Positions 11,970 through 24,357 are shown, counted from the stretch's first letter. The stretch: 64,000 nucleotides of DNA from Minutocellus sp. GHC0000111 (GCA_977018835.1 OZ361256.1:2418001-2482000), one strand, 5' to 3'. Numbers and translations are program-made. Notes: generated by a model from the sequence alone, not told the origin.

Positions 11970-13325
11970 ATGTCTTCTTCCAACGGCGACGATTCCTCCC
12001 AAACGCTCACCCTCCAAACCAAGCTGTCCGACGACGAAACCGCCTCCCTTCGCAGCCGTCTGCTCCCTCACCTCACCCTCCCTTCCAACCCCACCACCTC
12101 CCAGCAGGACGATGCCACCGACCTTCTCGACTACGCCCTGGCCATGCTGACCAACGGCAAGGAGCTGGGACACATCGTCGACGAGATGGTCGGGATGGAG
12201 CTCGAGGTGTGCGACGCGGAGGCCGGTCGGCGCGTCTTGGCCGAGCTGGCGCGGTATTTGCGCGGAGAGGAGGCTGCCGATCCGGCGGCGGCTGCTGCGG
12301 CAGATGGCGGCGATGGAAGCAAGAAGGGCAGCGATGGCAAGAAGAAGATGGTCAGCCTCAAGAGCAAGGGTGGCAACGCCCTCACCATGTCCGGTGCCCT
12401 CGGCTCGTCCCGTCCTGGCGATAAGGACAAGGATAAGGGCAACGCCCTCACCATGTCGGGTGCGCTGGGTTCGTCCCGGGCCGGCGAAAAGACGGAACGC
12501 AAGGGTGGCAGGAACAACAACGACCGTGGTGGTAGTGACCGTGGCGTTGGTAGCAATAATAAGGCCAAGGGTAACGGTGGTAGGGATCGGCGCGGCGGCG
12601 GCGGCCGAGGTGGAAGGGGCGATCGCAACGATCGCGGTGGAGGTAGGTCGGCCTCGCGCGATGCCTTCAACCGTCTGGCGGGGCGGGGAGGTCGCGGCAG
12701 AGGAGGTGGTCAGCGCCGCTCCCGTGACGATTACGAGGAGGAGGATGGCGACGATGGCAACTATGACAACAACTACAACTCCCGCGGTGGAGGACGAGGT
12801 GGCAGGGGAGGGAGGGGCCGCGGCGGTGGCAGAGGTGGACGTGGAGGACGCGGCGGGAATGACGAACGAGAGACCAAGAGGCGTCGGTATGAGGATGATA
12901 ATGCCAACAACGGCAACGATAACGGAGACGCCGACGAAGACTACAACAACAACGAAGACTGGAATGAAGGGGGCGGCGGCAGAGGCTATGGTGGTCGTGG
13001 CTTCTACAGAGGAGGACGCGGAGGTCGTGGACGCGGTGGTCGGGGCCGCTTCGGCGGACGAGGCCGTGGTGGGTACGACTACGACGCCAGTGGTGACGCC
13101 GGCGCCGGTGGTGCCGATCAGGATACCGCCGAGGCGGCCGCTGTTTCTGAGAGCCCTCTCGTCGCCGCTTCCTTTGGAGGTGGACGCTTCGGTGGTAGGG
13201 GCAGAGGAAGAGGCAGGGGTAGAGGAGGTCGCTTCGGTGGCCGAGGCCGCGTTGCCGCCGCTCTCGCTGCCAAGACCTGGACCCGACCTCGCACCATGGA
13301 CGATGCTCTCGGCACCGAGCGCTAA
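11970..13325 (+). CDS. RGG-rich putative RNA-binding protein with N-terminal helical PWI/Nab2-like domain
   Basis: Intact 451-aa ORF. Helical N-domain (LLDYALAMLTNGK...IVDEM) followed by extensive RGG/GRG repeats. Confidence 0.65.
   Translation: MSSSNGDDSSQTLTLQTKLSDDETASLRSRLLPHLTLPSNPTTSQQDDATDLLDYALAMLTNGKELGHIVDEMVGMELEVCDAEAGRRVLAELARYLRGEEAADPAAAAAADGGDGSKKGSDGKKKMVSLKSKGGNALTMSGALGSSRPGDKDKDKGNALTMSGALGSSRAGEKTERKGGRNNNDRGGSDRGVGSNNKAKGNGGRDRRGGGGRGGRGDRNDRGGGRSASRDAFNRLAGRGGRGRGGGQRRSRDDYEEEDGDDGNYDNNYNSRGGGRGGRGGRGRGGGRGGRGGRGGNDERETKRRRYEDDNANNGNDNGDADEDYNNNEDWNEGGGGRGYGGRGFYRGGRGGRGRGGRGRFGGRGRGGYDYDASGDAGAGGADQDTAEAAAVSESPLVAASFGGGRFGGRGRGRGRGRGGRFGGRGRVAAALAAKTWTRPRTMDDALGTER
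12372..12479 (+). repeat. Internal coding tandem duplication (GNALTMSGALGSSR x2, 66-nt period)
   Basis: 12372-12413 and 12438-12479 encode the same 14 aa with 5 synonymous differences. Confidence 0.9.
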
Positions 13326-13473
13326 TTTATCTATTTGTGCGCACTGACCAATACTGCATTCAGCTATGGATCGGCAAACATTTGGTCGATCTGATTAAGA
13401 ACAACACGCGACTAAATTGGTATTTAAAGATATTATGTCTAATAGAAAACTTGGATTTTCAAAATCTTGAATC

Positions 13474-14815
13474 TCACTCAATAACAATAATTTCGGGTTC
13501 TTGGGCGGAGCGAGCGTCCTGCTGTTGACCCGGACCATCCGGAGAAACACGCGCTGCTCCCTCTGACTTGACCTTCGGGGTCACATGGGACGTTTTGGCT
13601 CGCTTACTTGGTGGAGAGGTGGACTCATCGGTCTCTTCGTTATCGTCATCTCCATCATCGGCAAGCGTTAGATTGATTTCCGTTCCAATTTTTTCGCGCC
13701 TCTTCCATGCGTTGTTTGATCCTGTCCTCCTCGGTAGTAGTTTCTCCTATCTCAATGCCATCGTCCTCCTCTTCCGCTTCATGAGCCTGGATGTCATCGG
13801 CAGTTTCAATTGTAACCTGACGAGCCAAGGTCTGGTCCTTACCTTCAGTGATGGTATAGGACTGGTCGTCGTCCCTCTTTGAAATTCTCCGTGAAGCAGC
13901 GTCAATCTCACCCCATAGTTTTGACTCGAGGGTACCCTCTACACAGAATCGAGTGACAGTGACGGGCTTCTTTTGGCCGATACGAACAGCTCGGCCAACT
14001 GCTTGGCGCTCGAGAAAGATAACATGTGATGCCGCCTGCAGATTGGCGCCCGAAGCCTTGGCTCGAGCCGAGAGGAGAATCACGTTGACCTTACCGGATG
14101 TGAACTTGTCGATGGCAGATTGCATGTTATCATTGGATCCGTGACAAAATACACAGTTGATTCCGTTCCTCTGCAGGGTCAGCTGCACCAGGCGAAGAGT
14201 ATCGTGCCACATGGAGAAAACGATGTGACGATCCTTGACATCATGCTCCTTAAAGTATTGGATGAGGGCGGCAGACTTGGAACCGTGAGCGGCGGCAACG
14301 TTATCGTTGCCTCTGGCCTTGGCTCTGGCTTCCCGACTTTCGGCGGTACTCTTGGCAAGCGCCTCGATCTGGACCTCAAGATCGGCAGCTTCCTTCTCCA
14401 TGTCCTCCAATGCCTTCTTCTTGGCATCCAGAGTACGTCTCGTAACGGAAGTGTAGTGATCCAACGCGTCGAGACTTCTGCCGACATCGTCGTCCATGGT
14501 GGCACCAGCCCGGCAGCATCACGTAGCAAAATGCTCAATGACCGCATTGCAATCTCCCCGGACAAATTCTGGACCGATGGCACGGCCAAAGCTATTCCGC
14601 TCCCGAACAAGGCGAATGACTGCATTGCGATCAGCCCGAGCAGACATGGGATGGCCAGCGCCGCGCTGCATCCCTTTTTGGTGGAGGACATGGCTGGTGA
14701 TGTGTGTCGCCTTGCCTTGCTTGCTGGCAGGGTTCAGACGCCAGCAATGGTACCTACTACGTAGTAGGTACAGGTACCACGTCAAGATGGTGTGGCGAAG
14801 GAGCTTGCGAAGCAA
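13474..14815 (-). pseudogene. Relic of an SNF2-family (RAD5/RAD16/SHPRH-like) helicase, C-terminal helicase lobe only
   Basis: HGSK...IVFSMW...VILLSARAKASGANLQAASHVIFL...QAVGRAVRIGQ are HelicaseC motifs. There is an in-frame TGA at 14521-14519, a shortened motif region (FLERQA), no N-terminal ATPase lobe, and a frameshift in an A run near 13690. Confidence 0.8.
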
Positions 14816-15208
14816 GCAAGGCGCAGGTCGTTTGGATGGACGCTTCGACGCTTCCCGCCGCGCCAGGACGGGCGCCGGCTTGCTCGCTAATTTGATTTTT
14901 TAAGCTGCAGTTTGAACTCTCCAGCATTCGAAATACGATCGTATTCACAGGCCAAAAAAAGATGTCGGCATCTGCGGCATCTGCTGCTTCTGCGAAAAAG
15001 AGAAGCATCGGCCTGCCTTGCATCTTGGCCGCGTCGTCACATACTATTGGTACCATACTCTAGCTAGCTAGTAGTTAGGAAGTGAGGCATTAATTAATGT
15101 TCCACTAGCTAGCTAGAGTTTGGTTTCGTTAGCTCTCTCTCACCCACAATCACACGCGCATGCAAACCACTGTTCATCCTTCTGATCTGTTTTTTAATAT
15201 CTTTCAAC

Positions 15209-16934
15209 ATGAAGCGCATCGCAGTGATCGGTGCGGGTCCTTCCGGCATGGCCGCCCTGATGAGCTTTCGATCGGCCCTCGACAACAACCCAGACCTCGC
15301 CTCGGAACTGGACATCGTCTGCTTCGAACGGCAGGAAAGCTGGGGTGGGATCTGGAACTTCACGCTGGAGACGGGGGAGGACGAGTACGGAGAGCCGATC
15401 CACAGCAGCATGTACAAGTACCTGTTCGCCAACGCCCCCAAGGAGTGCCTGGAGTTTCCCGACTACACCTTCGAGGAGCACTTTGGCCGACCCATCGCCA
15501 CGTATCCGCCCAGGGAGGTGTTGTGGCGCTACCTTCAGGGTCGGGTGGATAAGGCTGGGGTGGGTAAATGGTGCCGCTTCCGCACGGCCGTCCGAGAGGT
15601 CACGTACGACCCTGGCGACGAGACGTTCGACGTGACCTGGCACGATTTGGTGGACGATCGATGCGAGACCGAAACCTTCGATCATGTCATCGTTGCCACC
15701 GGGCATTTCTCGGTTCCCAACGTGCCCGAATTCGAGGGACTCGAAATGAACTTTAGGGCGAGGTGATCCACTCCCACGATTTCCGTGACGCAGCAAGGTA
15801 CAAGAACAAGGATCTTCTCATCATCGGTTCCAGCTACTCTGCCGAGGACATTGCGTTGCAGTCGTGGAAGTACGGCGCCAAGTCCGTCACTCTCTCCTAC
15901 CGATCCGGTCCGCTGGGCTACGACTGGCCCGAAAATATCGATGAGCGTCCCCTCTTGGAAAGAGTCGATAGGGATGGAATCTTCCACTTCAAGGATGGCT
16001 CGACCAAGAAGTTCGATGCCGTTTGTCTCGCTACAGGATACGTTCACAAATTCGACTTCTTGCCGAAGGATCTCGCCCTTTCCACTGAGAACCGACTTTG
16101 GCCTACGGATCTGTACAGGGGCGTGGTGTTTGAGCCCAATCCTCGACTCTTTTATCTGGGCATGCAGAATCAATTCTACACCTTTGGCATGTTTGACGCG
16201 CAAAGCTATTTCGTGAGGGACGTAATTCTGGGACGCATCCATCTACCGCCCACCGAAGATATGAAGGCCAATTCTCAAAAGTGGCGCGAGCGGGAAGAGA
16301 AACTGCAAAGTGTGACGGAAATGATGTACGTACCTTGTACATGTATGGCATATTGCAATGTGCTTGTCTGCATGCATAATGATATTTGCTTTCGACATTT
16401 TGACTCAACATATGTACATCTTCTCTTTCGATCTCCGGCCTTTTAATTAGCTGGTTTCAAGGAGATTATTGGAAAGGGCTTGTTCAGGAAACGGATTGCC
16501 CTTCTTTTGATGTGGATGCTGCCAACTTACGACTTGAGACATGGGTCAATGACAAGAAAGAAAATATTCTTGATTACCGTGACAAGGCCTATCCATCTCT
16601 CGTCACCGGGCAAATGTCTCCCTCTCCTCGCCACAAGTGGGTAGACGCCAAGCGCGATTGTCATTTTCTTCATTATTTCCCTACTTCAAAGAAACAAACA
16701 GTTCCCCCAAACACCAGCGGCAGAAAAGAGGCACCGGTCAAAAATGCACATGTAACTGGACAACAATCATCATCGCCCGCAGTAGAGGCATCGAAATTGA
16801 AAGATTCTGTACCCAGTGGCGTCGTTGCTGCGAGCGTCAAGGCCCCATCCAGACGACGAGGTATTCGACAGTTGTTTAAGAGAGGTGGAGCTGCCGGCGG
16901 CGATATGGTGGAGGTTTGCTCGAGTCGAGGCTGA
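15209..16934 (+). CDS. Flavin-containing monooxygenase, bacterial trimethylamine monooxygenase (Tmm/mFMO)-like; 1-nt frameshift at G run 15756-15758; intron 16326-16450
   Basis: GAGPSG FAD site, HSSMYKYLFANAPKECLEFPDYTFEEHFGRPIATYPPR, VATGHFSVPN, IHSHDFRDA, IGSSYSAEDI and GMQNQFYTFGMFDAQ. The GT-AG intron restores EMIWFQGDY. Confidence 0.85.
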
Positions 16935-17059
16935 GGATACACCAGTACATGTATATTTGATGTGTATCTCTAGCTACATGTAGATCTTAATCAAAATAGT
17001 AATGCGATTTCGCATTCGACTTTATTGTTTACTCTTTTACATAAAAACATTGCCCTTTG

Positions 17060-18604
17060 TCACCTTACCCAACGATAAACACGCAGCGACGGCCACTGCA
17101 GCCTTTGTTTGTTCTTCATTCCAGTCAGCCCCATAAGTCGTTTATGTTCTGCAGACCTACATTCTATCGGATCATATCCGAACGCAAAGAGCTTTCCTTT
17201 CTGAGGGGATATGGCCAAAACCGCTGGGATTCCATCTTTGCCTCCACAGAGAATATCGGCAGAAGGTGCAAGCCCAGGTTGGCCCCATGTATTCCCATTG
17301 TTTGCAGAAGTAAAGAATGGAATGCTTGATTTTGCATGCGCACCATTAAGGTCACTCTGAGCCAAAGACTCGGCGTAAATGCAGATATGATTTGAGCTTT
17401 CTGGTAGCCTTTTGTCGTCGTTTATCACCTCATCACGCAGCACGACAGGTTCCTTTGACCAAGCTACTGTTGGAGCACCACGCTCGTCGATTCCAATGGG
17501 CCCACGAAATAAACAAATCTGTCTTTTTGGCGCACTATTTCCTTCATGTGATTCGTTTCCTGCACTGCTGTCGCCCAGTAGCATTATGTTGTCGTCTCCT
17601 AAATCCAAGAACGATTGTACTTGAACATCCTTCGGTAAATTCTGCCAGGGTCCCGCTACTCTCGTGGCAGTACGTCGTGCTAAATACGAGCGATGGCCAT
17701 CTAAATGAGCCCTGTAGTGCCGCGAGAGTATCGGGACCCCGTCCCCAATTGACGCCGAATTGTCAGTATAGTTACTCGTCACGTCTTCTCCAACGTCAAT
17801 TGTCGCACCCGACTTTAGATAAATCCGTCGCAAATCAAACAGTCTGCTCGATACAAGTTGATGTCGCAAGTTTCCGTTACGATTTGCCAAAGCGAATAGC
17901 ACTCCATCTTCACCAGACTTGCAATCGGCACCAGCCCCCTCTTGTATTGTTCTTGGCAGATGCAACGACACATAATTTACCGCAGGGAACGCTTGGCGAA
18001 AACTCAAAGCAGTCCTAATCTCTCTCTTGGAATTCAATGGATAAATGCACATGGTACCCGACGCTACGCCCACCGCTGCGCCATCCTTTCGCAACACATA
18101 TCGGTCCGAGCCGAGGTCTCCACCCCATCTTCGATGGAATGCCTCTGGAATTATCTCAATGTCTGAAAAGTGGTAGGTATCGTAATTCGTTGCGCCGTCT
18201 TCATCTGCACTGTTATTTGAACCGAACGTACAAATGCATCGCTTCAGACAACCCGACTTGCAATCGAGCAGCACAACCTGGTGTTCGTTTATGAATACAG
18301 CGCTCGATGGAAAGAACCCGACCATGCAGCTACCGTCCCGACAGGGACAGCTTGGGTCGGGACTCTAATCAGCCGTGGGAATGGCTGCGCATGAGCTTCC
18401 ACCATAAATGTCTCCCTCTTCTTCTCCCAATATCTCGTCCACAATGTGCTGGGGCAGACCGAGCTCGTCCGCCTGGAGCAGCACGGCATCCATGAGCCGT
18501 TGGTCGGATCGGATGACGGACATGCATGCCTCTTGCAATGTAGGGATGTTGGCTGGGTGGATCCGCCATGCTGGGGCGGTGGAAGCAGAGGCCGACGACG
18601 CCAT
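17060..18604 (-). pseudogene. Hypothetical protein (possible BC-box/F-box-like N-terminus + beta-rich domain) with in-frame TAG at 18367-18365
   Basis: ORFs 18604-18365 and 18325-17060 are in the same frame, separated by one TAG plus 13 open codons (IPTAD*SPDPSCPCRDGSCMVG). Confidence 0.55.
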
Positions 18605-18619
18605 CGCTGCGATTGCAGA

Positions 18620-18653
18620 GGATGGATGGATGGATGGATGGATTGGATGGATG
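18620..18653. repeat. (GGAT)n microsatellite
   Basis: ggatggatggatggatggatggattggatggatg just upstream of the 18604 start codon. Confidence 0.85.
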
Positions 18654-18854
18654 CCGGATGAGATGACTGGTTGGGGCTCATTCTCGAAAAACGAATTGAG
18701 GGGCTCTGCTCAAATTATGGGGATCACCTATTTTCGTGTCTAGCTCTTGAGCAGAAGCAAGATACGCGGCACGCAGTAGGAATTCCTAGCTACAGCCAAG
18801 CACCAGGCCAGTAACAAAGAGCGGTACCACACATCTATCTGGATAGTTATCATT

Positions 18855-20779
18855 ATGAAGACGACTGCTGGTGATGGCGGCAATAGAAGCGGCGGCGCCG
18901 GGAGTCGGAATCGCAAGACGAAACGCCGTCGAGTGACCGCAGACCCCAAGGCATTGCCCAAGAACCTTCATGGCGATGAGCAAGCCTCGGCGGCACCCAA
19001 GCCCTCGGCCAATGATGGGAGCAATGAGAAACCCATCGTTCGGGCGTCGGCGTCCAAGATTGATGAGATTTTGCCTAACGTTACGCGTGATGGATTTGAG
19101 CAGCTAGTGCGCAGGCAGCTAGTCGAGGGCATTCCCATCACTCTTGCCGATCTGACGGCGGCGGCTCGGTCCGCCTCGAAGCGCAAGGCCGAGTCCTCCT
19201 CCTCCTCGTCATCGGATACGGGACGAAAGCTCCGAACGCTCATCACTGGCACTACATCAGTAGCCAAGGAAACTCGGGTGATCAACACCGAGGGCTGGGC
19301 CGGTATCCCGTCGGACGTCATGAGGGATGTTCTGGGCCGACTCAACCTCCGTGACAAGGTGGTGTGCGTGAGCAAGGTTTGCCGAGCTTGGAATGCCTTC
19401 AAGACCACCCCGGGGCTGTTCGTGGATCTTTCTGATGATTCGGGTCCACCTACGGCCAAGGCTTTTGATAAGCTCTTGAAGTGGGTGCCCGATGTCAAAT
19501 CCGTCACTGGAGTCAGAGTTGCAACGACCGACAGGTGTGGGTACATGTCAGTGTGCACTGCGCTTTCGGAGATTGAACAAGCACACCGTTCAGCAGAAAG
19601 CAGAGCATTGATTAAGGAGGCAGTGCTCAACGGCCGTTTGGATGAAATCGCGGGTACCCAGCACGAAAGCCCTGCTTTCTATAGGATAAAAAAGCTCGTG
19701 TTGACTGGGCCGAAGATCAACGACGCTTTGCTCCATGGCAGTAATGGTCTCGGTCATGCTCTTCAAATCCTGCGGATTGACAATGTATCGCGAGATGAGC
19801 TTTGTTTGAGTTCTTTTCTGAAGAATACTCTTACTAATTGTGTCAAATTGGAGGTGCTCGAGGCCCCGGCATTTGTTTTGTTCAATGATGTGGTGATGAG
19901 TACTGAAAACTTTGATTTGTCCGTCGCACTTTCGAGTATGATTCCTCCATGTGGTACATGTAATTCCCTAAAAGTCCTGGACCTCACCAAGACAGCGAGC
20001 GACTCAGGACCATCAATATTGCGTGCGTTGACGATGGTAAGTGCCTCTTCCTGATTTTCTTTGCTGAACATGCTACCAGGAGATTCCCTCGCTTATTTTC
20101 ACCCCACCTCACCTATTATTGTCCCCGTAAACCCTTGTGAGCTCAGAAGGGCATCAAGTGGTCAGATGTCTCTAGTATTGGGCGCCTTTGTCCTCTTCTG
20201 GAGGTGCTAAAGTTACCGTCGGTGGTCGAAGGAGACCGATACACAAGCCGTGCTATTCCCGCGGCTGTTGAGGGGAGACAAAGCGCATGTCTTCCTCGCC
20301 TTCGTGTCTTTTCCCTTGGTCGTATCATTCCGCACGCTACAACTGGGGTAGTGACGTTCGCCCATCCCTACTATCGCACCAACGCAGTATCTACAATTCT
20401 TTCCTGGCTCCTCCGAGGAATGCCAGTCCTCGAAGTGCTTTCTCTTTCCCACGGAGAACACCCCAATATTCATCATGATTTTGTGCTCCCCGATATCGGC
20501 CAGGGGCTGTCGGAGTGCCCCCCAACTCTTCGCAAACTCCACCTCAAAGATTTCAATCTAGAAACCGCATCGTTGCTTTCATCTGGAATTGATTCCGACT
20601 CCATCGAGTCCATCACTCTAGAGAATTGTGGAGATTCCCAAACGGACGCTCTGAGATCGTTCTGCCTACGCTACCAGGGCGAGATGGGCACGCAGAAAAC
20701 TACTTCTATCGAAGTCGGGGATGATGGCACTTCGTGCCTACTAGTTCGCGGCGATGGCGATATGGTCCTATCTATCTGA
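18855..20779 (+). CDS. F-box/leucine-rich-repeat protein; intron 20037-20146
   Basis: F-box-like WAGIPSDVMRDVLGRLNLRDKVVCVSKVCRAW. LRR-like segments LQILRI, CVKLEVLE, LKVLDL, CPLLEVLKL and LRKLHL. The GTAAGT...CAG intron joins in frame. Confidence 0.75.
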
Positions 20780-20966
20780 TGATGTCTTTGCTGAAAATCA
20801 ATCGACCAACCAGCTACTGTAGTAGTAGCTACAAAATATTTCTGGAAAATTCCCTGAGTTCCAAATGCTGATACTATTTATTTGAATAAGATATACCGAT
20901 CTAATGAAAGAGCATTTTTTAGTCTAATCTTCTCTTTCTAAGTATTTCTTCTGGTCTAACTACGTA

Positions 20967-23735
20967 TTAAAGAGACATCTCTCGCTCGAAAGCATTGTCA
21001 GGTCGGGGAGGGGCCTGCGGGGCCGAAGCGGCTGAAACGGCTGGGTGCATCCCGCCTACGGTTGTAGGAATTGGCGGTGTCGCGGCTTGAAGATGCTGTG
21101 GGATGAGCCCAGCTGGACCAAAAGGGCTAAATCCCTGCTCGGCGGGTGGTCCCATATGAGCACTCTTCTTGCGCTCCTCCATCGCTCGGTCGAATGCCTC
21201 CACTTGCCACTCTCCCTCTGCCTCAAGCCTTCCACGGAAGATACCAGGTCCAACCAGTCTGGCGAGCTCCTCGGCACATTGTCCGGCGGCGTGGACGGAC
21301 AACTGGCTAGCACCGGAACCAGATCGATCGGCATCAAGATTGGCGGCCAGCAAATCCAAAAAGATGTGAAGATATTGGCGCTTGAATCGGTTTTTGCTCA
21401 GGGCGTTGGCCATTATGGGCAGCTGCCGCCACAGGGTAGCACGCATATCATCCGACTGGGGAAAGTGCTTGCATCTGCATACATCTTCGAGCTCTGTGAG
21501 GAGAGGAAGTAGGACCTCATCCGACAAGACCACGCCCTGAGCTACCGCCTCTCCACTACCAGTGCATCGGACGCAAAGCTCGCGGATGAGATAGATGCAG
21601 CCATCGGTGGCCTCCCAAGGCATACGCTCTCGCGTCAGGGCACCATTGCAGCAGCCAATGCGTCCGGCACCATCCTTCCGGCCCTTGCCAAGCTTGGGCG
21701 CCAGGGATCCGCACGAGTACAGCTGGCTGTTGGTGTGGGCATCGATATCATTCTGCCGACGCTTGTACTCCTCGCGGGTCATGGCTGGCTGCTCCCGTGC
21801 AGTGGGCAGGTTCGTCTTGACCACCTGCAATACCTCGTCAAACATGGGTTGGCCATACGCCACGATGGCATCGCCGAGGGCCACGGCTGCGTTCTCCCTC
21901 ACACTCCAAATCTGATCCGTGAGCTGCTCCGTCCATCGCTCAAACAGAGTCTTGAGGTCAGGCTGACACTCCTCGGGGTAGGCCCTCACAAAGGTACCAC
22001 ATGCCAGGCAAGCCTCGTCACGGACGGGCCAACTTTCGTCGTGGAAACACATGAGAAGTCCCTGGAGCAGCATGGGGACGTACGGGGCGAGATACTCAGC
22101 ATAGGTGGGGTGCGACCCAATCTTGTGCGCCAGTTCGGCAATGGCCTGGCAGGAAGCCTCTCGCACGGCGTGATTGTCGGCATCAGCCATCTTGATGTAG
22201 TATCGGCACACGGCACCGGCATTCTCGGCCACGCGACGCAAACCTTCGCCTGCCGTCTGACCAAAGACCAACCTCCACGTTTCGTGACTGTACAGCTTGA
22301 CTCCCTGGGCCAGATAGAAGCGATTCAGACACATTCGCGGCAGCAGAATGGGGTAGAGCGGGGCATTGGTTTCCTCCAGAACAACTCCCTCGGGCTGAGG
22401 ATTCTGCAGCAATGCCAAACAAAAGACACGGTTCAGGACACTTCCGGCCATACGGACCTGAGACCAGTTATCAGCCAGGGTCGTCTTGAGAACATCCACA
22501 ATGACAATCCTCAGGGGCGACGTAGGGTCGGTCAACGTGCCCATGCTGCTCGATCCAGCAGCAACGACCGAATGGATGAGCTGCTCCAACACTTGGACGC
22601 CGGCCGCCCGGACGTGACGGTTGACGTGCGAAATCGAGCAATACCTCAAGGCGGCCAGGAGGGTCCCCTCGTCCTCGGTGGACAGGTCGGCCGCGCCCTT
22701 GGCCCCATCGTCGGCGGTATGTCCATCCTGCGCCGTACCGGGAGGAACATCGTCCCTGACGTACGCCCCGCCGCATCCATTGATGTAGGCCGCCACGGCC
22801 TGCAGGCTGGTCTCCACGGACCTCCAACCGGTGGTATCGTCGAGGGCACCGGTGGAATCACGGGACTTTGGGCCGGATTCGTCTCGGCCCAACGACAGCT
22901 GGGTCTGCAAACTCTGCTGGATGTAGGCATGGAGGGAATGGCGCTGGGTGGTCAGCATGGAGACCGACTCGGACATGTTGGCGGCATCGTCGTGAGAAGC
23001 CATCAATGCCAGGAGCGTGGCCAACCGGGCATGACTGCCGACGACACGTGCGACGAGACTGCGGACCCGCGGCTCCGAGTGCTCCAGATGGGCCTGCGCC
23101 AGGGCCAGAAGGGGCTGACAGAAGGCGGTAGGAATCGCAGTAGAATCGCCGCTGAAGAGAACAAGCAGCACCGCCTTTGGAATCATCGATGCCGATGCAT
23201 CTCCGGCCGCAGACGAAGCATCCGACTGCTTGCTACTGGCTGCTGCACCGGTCGTGGCGTGGCTGACGCCGGTGGAACTCGGCCCGACGGCCGTCAGCGT
23301 CGGCACGCGCGGTCCCTCAAAGTACGTCGTGGCCTCACCGGCAGCGCCTGCATCAGCAGAAGCGGAAGTGGCAGTCGCGGCAGAGACGGATCTTCCCAAT
23401 TGCTCCAAATAATCATTGGCCAGGTGCAGCCCGACGGCGAGCGGCTCCCACCTCATTCTTGCTGGGCCACTTTTATCGGAAGCAGTACCACCTTCACCTC
23501 CGGCGGCGGCACCACTGCAGCCCATCCCAATCATGTCCAGAATGAGCTTGCCGTACTCCTCGCATGCCTCCCGGGTTGCCGTCGTCGTCTCGCTGCTTTC
23601 GGTACCACCGCCGGCGGCAAAGAGCAGACCATGCAGCTCGAGGAGACGGGAGCCGTGGTCGACCACCTCCGCCGGCAGCGGGGGGTTGCGTCTGGAGAGA
23701 GACTGCAGCGATCGGGCCGGAGTCGAGAAGTCCAT
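20967..23735 (-). CDS. HEAT/ARM-repeat protein
   Basis: Intact 922-aa ORF with repeated HEAT signatures (DNWSQVR, DNHAVRE, DESWPVRD, DQIWSVRE). Confidence 0.75.
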   Translation of the reverse strand: MDFSTPARSLQSLSRRNPPLPAEVVDHGSRLLELHGLLFAAGGGTESSETTTATREACEEYGKLILDMIGMGCSGAAAGGEGGTASDKSGPARMRWEPLAVGLHLANDYLEQLGRSVSAATATSASADAGAAGEATTYFEGPRVPTLTAVGPSSTGVSHATTGAAASSKQSDASSAAGDASASMIPKAVLLVLFSGDSTAIPTAFCQPLLALAQAHLEHSEPRVRSLVARVVGSHARLATLLALMASHDDAANMSESVSMLTTQRHSLHAYIQQSLQTQLSLGRDESGPKSRDSTGALDDTTGWRSVETSLQAVAAYINGCGGAYVRDDVPPGTAQDGHTADDGAKGAADLSTEDEGTLLAALRYCSISHVNRHVRAAGVQVLEQLIHSVVAAGSSSMGTLTDPTSPLRIVIVDVLKTTLADNWSQVRMAGSVLNRVFCLALLQNPQPEGVVLEETNAPLYPILLPRMCLNRFYLAQGVKLYSHETWRLVFGQTAGEGLRRVAENAGAVCRYYIKMADADNHAVREASCQAIAELAHKIGSHPTYAEYLAPYVPMLLQGLLMCFHDESWPVRDEACLACGTFVRAYPEECQPDLKTLFERWTEQLTDQIWSVRENAAVALGDAIVAYGQPMFDEVLQVVKTNLPTAREQPAMTREEYKRRQNDIDAHTNSQLYSCGSLAPKLGKGRKDGAGRIGCCNGALTRERMPWEATDGCIYLIRELCVRCTGSGEAVAQGVVLSDEVLLPLLTELEDVCRCKHFPQSDDMRATLWRQLPIMANALSKNRFKRQYLHIFLDLLAANLDADRSGSGASQLSVHAAGQCAEELARLVGPGIFRGRLEAEGEWQVEAFDRAMEERKKSAHMGPPAEQGFSPFGPAGLIPQHLQAATPPIPTTVGGMHPAVSAASAPQAPPRPDNAFEREMSL

Positions 23736-24357
23736 GGCAAATGTCTGTCCTTTCTAGCTACTAGCTAGAGAATGCGTGGTAGGTAGGTATCACTGATGAA
23801 TAATTCGGCACAACCAGTGCTCGTGCTCGGCCCAAGGCGGCAACACAAAGGCACGCTTCACTTTGTGGCACGTGGCGGTTTGCGCGAAAAATGATGGAAA
23901 AAAGGGGAAAGAGGAAAGAGTGTGCAGAAAGGGCTAAGGGATGTCCGAAATTCGCCAGAGGCAGACTCTCTATGCAATGTGTGTTGTGAGAGGATTCCTG
24001 TGGGCCCGGGTGCCTCTCTCTGTTTGATCGTTTACTCGCAGCGCAGAGCCCGAGACGATTTTGGAAGTGCGAGACTTACGGTATGAAGAGCACTTTCGGA
24101 GCGTTTTTCACACTAGATCTAGATCTACATGTATTTGGCACACCTACGATTGTTGTTGACTGACTGACGACGACGACGAGCTCCCGCCGGACTCGTGGAA
24201 GGCAGTGTGAGAGCAGCACCATTATTCGTGCCAACCAAGTGCCCCCCCGGCTACCAGGCACAGCAGCAGGTCGACGACGACAAGTTTGGAGCCAGCAATT
24301 GTGGCCGACTGTGAGCAGCATCATGCAGGCACATGTGCTGGTGCTGGTAGATCTACA

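Noticed and set aside
15209..16934. Bacterial contamination as the source of the Tmm-like FMO (and of FadH)
   Set aside because: The FMO has a spliceosomal intron, FadH has a eukaryotic presequence, and both are embedded among eukaryotic genes.
21735..23768. Long antisense or alternative-frame ORFs (677 aa here; also 848-2170, 45775-47106, 12304-13347)
   Set aside because: Shadows of GC-rich, codon-biased real genes; no recognisable motifs.
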